From assembly GCA_004764695.1 (NCBI GenBank), contig SMSO01000025.1, positions 5,558,862-5,622,861 on the forward strand: 64,000 bases of DNA, given 5' to 3'. The notes below the pieces were generated by a model. It made no database searches. It was not told the origin of the DNA and saw nothing but the letters and a program-made list of their open reading frames with translations. Below, one piece after another: positions 45,770 to 55,796 of this stretch. Within the stretch, counting starts at the first letter, position 1; each line of letters begins with the position of its first letter. The stretch comes from Schizochytrium sp. TIO01. Taxonomy: Eukaryota; Protista; Bigyra: Labyrinthulomycetes. Both the position numbers and the translations under genes were made by a program.

Positions 45770-47683
45770 ATGCAGAAAGGGCAAGCGAGTGGTCCATTCA
45801 AAAAGGCCTGCGAGGCCTGCACGAGAGCCAAAAGCAAATGCAATGGCAAGCGACCGTGCCAGCTTTGCGAGAAGCGAGGAATTGTATGCGTGTATGCCTT
45901 TCGCAGGAAAAGAGGTCCTACGCGGGCAAGGAACACCGTGCGCAGCACAGAGCCTTTGACATCTTCGGAACAGCGAGACAGGATTGAGGTGAGCGCAAAG
46001 CAGACGAAAGACGGGAAAACCAACTGTGTGGACAGTGTAGCTGTAGATATAAGCCCCTACGAACGCCGTCTGTGGACGGTATTTTTCACGATCTTCAAAC
46101 ACCAGGAGAACAGCTATGTAGACGACGATAAGCGCGGCATTGCATGGTGTTGGTTTGCAAGGCAGCTTGAGCTGTTGAGGGGGCACTGTAAGCATACACA
46201 AAACAAGGAACTGAGCAAGATGATTGAGTCGTTCTTGGAAACCATGAATGTGAGGATGAAGAATGTGCTAGAAAAGGTAAAGGACCAGTGCCCATTTAAG
46301 CCTAGCTCGTGTGCAGAGTGCTCCACAACGATCATGATGCACCCGAAGAAGGAACCCAGATTTCCAGAAGATGGAGTCCACCATCATGGAACAACGGAGC
46401 TCCTAAAGGCGGAACAAGAGTCCCTGCAAGCAGTTCCACCCAGCCGACGCTTTCTCAATCTTCTAGAGGCACACAAAGATAACTCTCAAGCGTCCCTTGA
46501 GTTCCTACAATATGACTTTCCAGCCGAGTATGAGATTCGCGTTAATGATGCATTTGTGCGCATGTTTAACTTGACCCAAGAAGGCCTTCAAAACCTTATT
46601 GCTTGGAGTGGTACGGGCTTCTTGCCTTGGGGTGGGGACCTCGTTGCGAAAATCATTGTGTCTGAGGAAGACCTTGTTACTTTCTTGCAGATAATGTCTT
46701 TGAAGTTTCAAAGTCTCGGGATGAAGATAGACTCGGAACATGGTTACGTTCGAGAGGTGCCGAGTGTTCATTCATTCAAGTTATGGGTCTACAGCGAAAG
46801 TGAGCGGCTTTGGCGACAGCGTCAGTGCCTTATGGACTGCTCTCACCGCGTCTATAAAAAAAAGAAGCACATTGAAAGCCATGCCATCTTCAACTTTGAG
46901 AATCTTGGCGAGCCAATAGACTATGACGAAGATGAGACAGCACCTGTGTCGGAGGAGAGACACTCTGACCATGTTGCTGATCAGGCTCAAAACCACCACA
47001 ACAACGATAATAACAATACGTCAGAAAGTACAAATGGAAGTAACAGTAGTAGCGTCTCTCAGCAAACCAGCGATGACTCTACAAATGCTACCCCCAGTGT
47101 TGGACCTACCCTGGCTAAGAGCGTTTCACCTCCGACATATCCTCCTATTCCACGTGCTGCAAGCTTTGGCCAACCGAACTCTATCGACGTTGTGCCAACT
47201 GATATTGCCCCATATTATCAGAACTGGGAAATTTTCGAACCTGGTATGGCCATGCCTTCAGTTATGAATAATGACCAACAACAACAGCAACAACAACAAC
47301 AGCAACAGCAGCAGTATGATGACCAAAATAGCTCGCACTATCAGCGGCAGCAACAGGGTGATAACCAAAATGATGAATATTCTGGCCAGGACGCGCAGAA
47401 CGAGGAAAGCGATGGTGCGGAGGAGGGCGAAGAGCAAGAAGAAGGCCCTCAAAAGAAAAAATACAAGTACACTGCTGCTAATATGCAAGATGCCATTCGT
47501 GCTCGTGCAAACAAGAAGAGGGCTGAGTCATCTTCATCTAACACTAACCTAAGGCCATCCGATGTGTTGTCGGAGATGATGTCTTCTACTAACGGTCCTA
47601 ACAATAGCATGGGTGCCTTTGATGATGACGCTCTCAACGACACCGACTGGCTCACTGCCCTCATTAACTGGCAAAGCACCTAA
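45770..47683 (+). CDS. Zn(II)2Cys6 (GAL4-type) transcription factor with possible PAS-like middle domain
   Basis: ACEACTRAKSKCNGKRPCQLCEKRGIVC is the canonical CX2CX6CX5CX2CX6C, followed by a basic RRKRGP. It also has poly-Gln and an acidic/aromatic C-terminus. Confidence 0.92.
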   Translation: MQKGQASGPFKKACEACTRAKSKCNGKRPCQLCEKRGIVCVYAFRRKRGPTRARNTVRSTEPLTSSEQRDRIEVSAKQTKDGKTNCVDSVAVDISPYERRLWTVFFTIFKHQENSYVDDDKRGIAWCWFARQLELLRGHCKHTQNKELSKMIESFLETMNVRMKNVLEKVKDQCPFKPSSCAECSTTIMMHPKKEPRFPEDGVHHHGTTELLKAEQESLQAVPPSRRFLNLLEAHKDNSQASLEFLQYDFPAEYEIRVNDAFVRMFNLTQEGLQNLIAWSGTGFLPWGGDLVAKIIVSEEDLVTFLQIMSLKFQSLGMKIDSEHGYVREVPSVHSFKLWVYSESERLWRQRQCLMDCSHRVYKKKKHIESHAIFNFENLGEPIDYDEDETAPVSEERHSDHVADQAQNHHNNDNNNTSESTNGSNSSSVSQQTSDDSTNATPSVGPTLAKSVSPPTYPPIPRAASFGQPNSIDVVPTDIAPYYQNWEIFEPGMAMPSVMNNDQQQQQQQQQQQQQYDDQNSSHYQRQQQGDNQNDEYSGQDAQNEESDGAEEGEEQEEGPQKKKYKYTAANMQDAIRARANKKRAESSSSNTNLRPSDVLSEMMSSTNGPNNSMGAFDDDALNDTDWLTALINWQST

Positions 47684-49001
47684 GCGTTGTTGGAAATCTG
47701 CACACTTTTAATTGTAGAACATTAGGTTTGCCCAACTTTATAAACTTTGTATTCGAATCTTACTTTTGCCTTTTGTATTCTTCCACGTTTCCTTGTTGTT
47801 TTATTGGATGGCACATTCCTGAAAATATCATTCCTGGTTGTTTAGGCCTCCCGAAGAACCTGATTTGAACAGATCGCAAACGTCGATGCAGATTTAAAAG
47901 GAACCATAGAATGCCCCCAGTATGGTCGTGCACCTCTAGGAGCCCCAAGTTTCAAATTGTATTCATACTAGTTGCTTAGCCTTCTTTTTAAGGATGCGTT
48001 TCAGGTTAAGACTGCAAACACCTCTCTTTTGGCCTTTTGTATTTTGCTGCTCCTGACCATCATTCATCTCTCTATCTTTCTCTCTGAAAATTCGTAATAT
48101 CTAGAAATGTGTATAGACTCTGAAACAACAAAACATTTTTGGTTGCCTCATTTGCCAAGGACACCTGTCAGGAATATGAGTGATGGTTTTCACTTGAGTT
48201 TCTGCTCAAGTCAAAGGATCGAGAGGATCAGTGAAAGTGGACACATGAACGAAGTCTTCATCTCAGAACTACCCACTACTAACAATAAAAGATAGCTAGT
48301 ATTGGTAGATAGTAGTAGATAGTACCTGCTTGCCTACCTAATATAATGATTAGTAGTGCACCTTTTGTAGTTAGCTGATCCGTTAAAGAATTGCACGCGC
48401 TGAGTATTAGTTACAGGGCTATTGAGATAGCGCGGTGATGGATTCCATTGATTGTTCTAAGACATTGTGAGGGTGTCTTACTAGGCTCGATAGACTTTCA
48501 TAGCGGCGCGGAGCCCTCAAAGGACTTGCGTAGGTTAAATCATGGTCCATATTGGATTGATTGTCCACGCGTTGGTTCTAGTTGTTCAATATGAACTGCT
48601 AAATGGAAACAATTTCCGAACATAATTCTGCGCTATAAGATGCGAACTTAATTGTCTCGTATGTGATGCAGCTTGTAAAGGGCCCGGCTGGGGAGACTTT
48701 CTAAAAAGGCCGCTGGCAGACAGTTAATATTTAGATGTTGCTGTCTGAAGAGAGCGACTTTATAACTCAAAGTGCAGCTACATACTGGTGTGCTTCTTGC
48801 GGTGGACGTCATAGCAGAGAAAGCAGGCAGGCAGGCAGGCTGGCCTGGCTGGCTGGCTGGCTGGATTTGGGGGTCGCAACTTTCAAGGAGAGGCTTTCTT
48901 GACCAGGCGATCAGTGTCCAAGTAAAATATAAAAGGAAACAGGTTCAAGTATCTACCTACGAGCAAGAGAAATAGCGTCTACCAAGGCACGTTCAGGAGA
49001 C

Positions 49002-49775
49002 ATGCAGCACCGAAAGAAGAAGCAAACTACCTTACGCAAGCTTGCAGCAGGACAAGCAGAAATTTTGCAGCGGCAAGCTAACGATCAAGCAGAATTACAA
49101 TTTCGTCTTCGGCAAGCACTTGCTCGAGTGCAAGAATTAGAGTTGCAGGTAGGCGATCAGGACTCTAGTAAACAGGAGATCCAAGCTTGCAAACTTGCTG
49201 ATCTCGATGCTGAGCTTTCCCATGCCAGGCGTCGCATCGATCTTCTTGACGCAGAACGTGCATTATTCCTCGAGCAGAAGGAAAAAGCAGACTTGATTGC
49301 TGCCCAGATGAAACTTGAGCGTGCTGAGGCATTTGCACAGGCTACTGCATGGCAAGATCGCTTCAATGTAGCAAATAGGCAAGTGAGGCAACTGGAAGAG
49401 TTCTTACAAGTAAGTCGTGAGGAAAATGCGTCCTTACGGCTGGAGCTGGCGCTCTCGCCATCTACGTCAACAAAATCATTAGATGAAAACGTGGTAAACG
49501 TATCAAGATCATGTCGAGACACGAAGGTGAAGTCGTCATTGTCTGCCATCCATAATCTTTCATCAAACCTGACAAGTACATCGCATGTGCACTGTGAGGC
49601 TATTGACTTTGATCTTGATGACCTTGAGCGAAGCCAGGAGATAGAATCAAAGAAGATACATCTTCTCATGGAAGCTGCATCAACCTCTTCATCAGTAGCC
49701 ACCTCAGTGAGGCCTCCATCATCACCACTACACAATCCAAAGTTCATGACCACCGCCACAACAAAAGTCAATTAG
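49002..49775 (+). CDS. Hypothetical coiled-coil protein
   Basis: 257-aa ATG-started ORF; heptad-rich N-terminal half and Ser/Thr-rich tail; no family motif recognised. Confidence 0.7.
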   Translation: MQHRKKKQTTLRKLAAGQAEILQRQANDQAELQFRLRQALARVQELELQVGDQDSSKQEIQACKLADLDAELSHARRRIDLLDAERALFLEQKEKADLIAAQMKLERAEAFAQATAWQDRFNVANRQVRQLEEFLQVSREENASLRLELALSPSTSTKSLDENVVNVSRSCRDTKVKSSLSAIHNLSSNLTSTSHVHCEAIDFDLDDLERSQEIESKKIHLLMEAASTSSSVATSVRPPSSPLHNPKFMTTATTKVN

Positions 49776-50777
49776 AGAAAGCCATCATGAGCAGATGACA
49801 TAAAGCAAGAGCGCCATCTAACCCTTCTCTCCCAGGTAAGAGTTCTTGCAATGACACCCACAGGTTAAGCCATTGGAGCGTGACCAAAGGATAGTATAAA
49901 TACAAAACCCTTTGTGGATGCTTGCTCTCATCATGCAGACGTGATAAATATGAAGAGTAAACAAAGGTCCGACTGCTCTTATGCAGCATTTAATCTCGCG
50001 AGACGTAGACTGGCACACAGAAAGGACACCATGTGGGTGGTCCAAGTGTGGAACCCGTTGTGGACCTGCTTGCGCTCCCGGATCGCGCGAGGTGGTTCAT
50101 CTCCATTGCCACTTTTCCCTCCTTCACAGGTACTCTTGGCCAGATAATCGCCTCTCGACAATGCGCCTTTGGTCCCCAAGTACAATCTGGTAGGAATCTG
50201 GATTCTTGTCTTGTCATACTACACCCTTGTTGCCCGTCACGATGGCATACGACAGCCTCTAGAGATTGGAAAGACATCATCATCACTCCACGAATAGAGT
50301 TCGCGTCATTTTTGCATCACCAGCGTGTTCTGCACCACGCCCGGACCCTCTACTGGTGCTTTCGGATCTTGCCCGAAGCACCCTCGCCGACAGTTTTGGC
50401 CCAGATTACTCGCTAGCTAGATATCGTCTCCTCATGAGATTCATGATCAATCAATCATACCTCCTACATTAATTACTTTAAGCCCCAAAATCTCAATCTT
50501 CAACACCACTAGCTTTAGTTTGCTTGCTCTCATTGCTTTCGTGACGGCGACGACGATGACGGCAAAGGTGACGATGGTGCTTTCGCACGGTCTAACCAAA
50601 GCGCCTTCGCCTTTCTGTTTGTTTGACGACAGGTGTACTACCACCTTTCAAGATCGACAACTTTCCGAAAGGGAGACAAAGGGACCTCAGAGAGATGAGA
50701 TTCAACAGAGTCGGAGGAAGATGAAGAACCAAGTCATCGTAACAATGCTTCGTGGATCTTTTCGCTGATCTTTTCAC

Positions 50778-50988
<211 letters not shown>

Positions 50989-51639
50989 ACAGGATCCTGA
51001 TTACTTTGAGGTGTCTTCTCAGCAGAAGAAAACCAACAATAACAAACACAACAACAGCCTAACCTAATCGCAACAAAGGTTATATTATATACGGTCGTCG
51101 TGAGTAACAACAATCGAAGAGACCCGAGATAAAAGTTTTAGTGCGCATCCCGGAAGGCCTGAAAAGGGAATCAACGCCTTGCGAAAAAGCACGCAAAAGC
51201 AAGGCGAGCAGAGCGACCCTCGAGCTCTCTGCGCCTCAGGCTCCAAGGAAACGGCAAGCAGGATCAAAGGAGGCGGCGTCTTCTCCCTCCTTCTTGACCC
51301 CCTCCCGCATTGCTGTTCTCCAAGCTCGCTTTCCTTTGCTTCAATTATAGGGCTTTTCACAACTCAAGAACTTTGAGAAAGAAAACTTTTCTCTTTTCCA
51401 TTTCTTCTTCGCTAAAAAAAGTATTTCAATTTAATTAATAATAAGAATAAGAATAAGAATAATAAAATAACTAACAAATCAATGATCGAGCAGAGTCTCT
51501 TTTATGGGATAAAAAACAAAATATTTTTTATTTCAGGATTCCAGACCTAGGGATAGCGACGCGTAGCCGACTCTTAGCCGTTCTTTCAGTGTTAAAGTCC
51601 GCTCCGTCTCTTTAGGAGGCTCAGCGACGACGACGAACC

Positions 51640-51700
51640 GCGGTAGGAGTTACCTACCCGCAGTAGGCACTCTCGCACTTATTGCCTCAGCCAATCAGAA
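51640..51700 (+). promoter_or_regulatory. Putative promoter: inverted repeat plus full-consensus CCAAT box
   Basis: GCGGTAGG-agtta-CCTACCCGC (51640-51661) and CAGCCAATCAGA (51688-51699) in a CpG-rich patch. Confidence 0.3.
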
Positions 51701-52143
51701 ACGAAACTCCGTCGAGTCTCTCTCACGAGCGAGCGAGCAGAGCCGTCAAGGATTGATTGTCTGAGTGCTCAGACAGACATGCAGACGTACAGACAGACAT
51801 ACAGAAAGACGCACAGCCGGACGCCAGCTGGCTTGTTCCCCGCTTGCTGCACAAGGTCATCAACCCGCAGACGAAGGCTCAGCGGAGTCTCGAGGACCAG
51901 AATAGCAAAAAAAACTGCGAACAGCATAAAAGACGATGATGATAAATAAATAACAATAACAACAACAAAGAGAACGGAGAGAGAACGGCAAAGGAAAGAA
52001 CGAAAGACACCTAACATAGAAACTAACTAGTGATCCTTTCCTACTATTAGTGGTTTATTTCGAAATTTAATTAACAATTTCTATTTATTTTTAAATGATA
52101 GCCTATTTTCCCTTCAGCTGTTCCAAAACGGCCAATCGTGAGA

Positions 52144-52306
52144 GGGTAAGTACGAAAGGGCTCTAACGCAGTTCGCCCTTTTTCAGGAGTGAGACAGAAA
52201 AGGAGGTCTCTCTGCACCCCAAGGACCTACAGCTTTGCCAGTTTGGGCGGGAAGGTGGATAAGCTGCCTATAGTGTACAAAATGGGTTCAATTCCCATTT
52301 TACCCT
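52144..52306 (+). other. Enlarged tRNA-like structure overlapping a 41-nt intron-like element
   Basis: T-arm ATGGG-TTCAATT-CCCAT; acceptor-like pairing GGGTAAG/TTTACCC; also GTAAGT...CTAAC...TTTTTCAG (52146-52186). Confidence 0.25.
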
Positions 52307-52664
52307 GAGGCAGAGTAATCTGAGTTCAAGGCGGAAAGAACGAGAGAACACCTCCATTAACAACAAGCAGTACTGTTCAAGGCAGTACATACTGCATACT
52401 ACAAACGAAGTGAGTTTCTTTTCTTTTCTTTTCTTTTCTTTTCATTTCACATTTTACATTTTACATTTTACATTCGGAAGTTAACATTGGCCTGCAGTAG
52501 TAGCGGTATTAGGTAGGTACGCCTAGGGGCGAGATGAAGAGGGAAGAACAGGAGGGTGGCGCGAGGATACCAGACGCGGAGAGGAAGGGCGCAGGACTGA
52601 GGTGGGTGGGTTGACGAGAGAAGGGGAATGAATTGAAGGAGAAGGCGGATGGATGTCTCAGACG

Positions 52665-52696
<32 letters not shown>

Positions 52697-53214
52697 CGTG
52701 GCTTGGAACGTGAAGGCGATGCACGTTTGGCTCTCTTATGTGGCTTTGGTAAGGTTTTGGGCCAACTGCAGAGGCGAGCGCAGGTAGGTAGGTAGGTACC
52801 TTCGCGATGCCTCAAACACATTCTTCACTGCAGTTCTCAGTTCTCAGTTCTCAGTTCTCAATTCTTTCTTCTTCATAGTTTTATTTTTTATTCCAGCTCT
52901 TCGTAGGCTCCTTCTCTGCTAGCGTTTCCAGTAGTCAGTTAGATAGCCAAATAGATTAGGTAGCTTTCTTTTTGCCTTTCCCTGAAAAGTTCCTCCCTCG
53001 CCCTTTTTGGAGGCGGAGTTGCTCGCACAATTTTCCAGCTACGGAACTGCATGCGCCCCTCTCACTGCACTGTACTTTTTCCCAATATTACCCCTAATTA
53101 AATTCAGGTCCTTCCATGAATTTTCCTTGAGACCCCCTCTCCTTCCACTGCGTTTACCCATCACAAAACCCCTAGTGGGGATCCCCCACCCTCTCTATCT
53201 TCCTCCGCAGGGAA

Positions 53215-53348
<134 letters not shown>

Positions 53349-54023
53349 GCAGAGAAGAAGAGAAATAAGCTGAGTCCAGATCTCCTACAACGCTCGCCGC
53401 CACCGCCGGACCTGCAGCCTTGGTTGGCTGTGGCCGGCCCAGGCCTGCTCCCGCCCATCCTCCGGGTGGCGCAACAGCCGGCTCCGCGGTCCTCCAGCCC
53501 GCAGCGGCCTCCGCCTCGCCGGAGCCGTGCGTTTCTCGCCCCGGGTTGACCGCCTGGGGTCCTCCTGAGCCCTTTTCACTCCTTCTATGATATTATGGTT
53601 CTCTTCTGAAAGATCATTCATTATCAACGATGATTGCTATTGACTTTTAATTTTAATTTTAATTCTAATTTTAATTTTAATTTTAAATTAAGCAATTAAA
53701 TTAAGCAATCTTCTGTGTTTTTAATTGGTCAATTTGATTCTCCGCTTTCGTTATTGTTGTTATTGTTGGTGATGTTATTATGATGAAGATCAATTACACG
53801 AATAAAGATTGCTAAATGAAAGCGGACATTGACTGTTCATAAAGTAGCTTTGTGAGATCGTGGCATTGGATACCGTGGCCGTTCGTTGAGGATGATCGAT
53901 CGCAATAGCCGCAATCTCGCCGCAGCTGTCGCTGAGCTCCGTTGCGATTGCCGCATTCGCATTCAAGATGTCTTCATCGCCGTCGCTATTGCCATTGCTG
54001 CAGGTTCTAAAGAGCGCAATTCT

Positions 54024-54532
54024 CAAGCAAAGCAAAGCAAAGCAAAGCAAAGCAAAGCAAAGCAAAGCAAAGCAAAGCAAAGCAAAGCAAAGCAAAGCAA
54101 GGCAAGGTAAGTGAATTTATCCTGGAAACTCGATGGACTCTTCACGACGGATGCATGAATGAACAAACAAACAAACAAACAAACAAACAAACAAACAAAC
54201 AAACAAACAAACAAACAAACAAACAAACAAACAAACAAACAAACAAATACAATAAATAAAGAAATAAAGAAATAAGCCAACTCGCAGTTCGGATAAGAGG
54301 GAAGAATATGCAGATGGATGGATGGATGTCTATGATGCCTACGCTTCATTGATTGATGAAACCCAAAGATACGCGTTGACTTCGGCACAGGAAGCACATG
54401 ATATACACATGTACATCCATATACATACATACATACATACATACATACATACATACATACATACATACATAGTAGTAAATAGCAGGTGTTGACAGGCCTG
54501 TTCTGTTCTGTTCTGTTCTGTTCTGTTCTGTT
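54024..54532. repeat. Microsatellite cluster: (AAAGC)~15, (AAAC)~21, (ATAC)~12, (TTCTG)~7
   Basis: Tracts at 54024-54100, 54162-54247, 54421-54471 and 54498-54532. Confidence 0.95.
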
Positions 54533-55796
54533 TTGCTGATACGTGTGGGTCCCATTCATATTATTGGGAATGGGACTGAGCATCCCCAAAGATCCAGGCA
54601 GCACGTCAGACGGGGAACCCAATACACGACTTGTATGAAGTGCCCAGAAGCAAAAGTTTTATGTGTGCGCGGCGTCCGGTAAGATGAAATGTGGTCATAT
54701 CGTTGAGAGTGGCTTTTTCTATTTTATTTTCTGAAAGATAAAATTAATCATGTTTTTGTTTTTGTTTTTCTGTTTTGTTTTTGATTAAATTAAAAGTTGG
54801 TTGTTTTGGGGCAAAAAAGAAGAGATGGAATGAGGAGTGAATTCTGAACGAAGATTGACGGAAGGTTCGAAGAAGCCGCTGAGAGAGCTGAGGCGTGTTG
54901 CCAAAGGGGATATTTGAGACCCAGTGTGTGGTCCACAACGCATATGGAGCGGGAGGAGGAGGAGGAGGCCAGGGTAAGTTCCTAAGACAGAAGAAGAAGA
55001 CTGAAAGTTGCTTTGCTCTTTTTTTGTGCTTTGTTTTCTGTTTGTTTCCTTGTTAATTGTTTATTTTTTAGTTTAATATTTTTAATAATAGTAATAATAA
55101 TGATACTAAAATAGTTAGTTTTCCATTCATTTTTTCTTTCTTCTTTGCAATCGATCGACGATCGATCAAAATTGAATCAGAGCAAATTGAAGTAAAGTCA
55201 GTCAATTGCAATCAATCAAACGATCTATCGAACGACACTCGCTGGCAAACTAAGAAAGCAGCGAAGCCCGCTCGCTCGAGAAAACCCCTGAGGCTCCCTC
55301 GCCTCGGAATAGTCGTACTTGCTGCTTTCCGGACTGGTGGGATAGCTGGAGAAGCCTGTTAAGGTCTGGGCCGCGAAGGTGAACCTCCTCAAGCAATCTC
55401 GCCGAAGAGGCAACAGGATCTTCGTGGCGCTTGCAGCAAGAAATAAATACAAAATCCGAGAAGCAGTGAGCGAGGATATCTTCACGCAAGCTAGAGCAAA
55501 GCCGAGAGTGGCCTGAGCTACTACTACACTAGGGCTGACTGGTTTGTTTGGGCGTGTAAAGCATAAACTCTCGCACTCGCTATCTCGAAAGAAGAAGAAG
55601 CCCGTGCCACACATCCCTAATAATAAGACGCACACAACAAGACATACGTTCATTTATTCATTGCGACCAACTCACATCTTGAAAAGCTTGGGCAACTGTT
55701 TGTTGAATTGATTGACTCACAGACACGCACAGACACACAGGCTTACTAAATTAGATCAGAGTTAGCAAGTCAATTGTTTTGGGCAATCAAGAAGAC

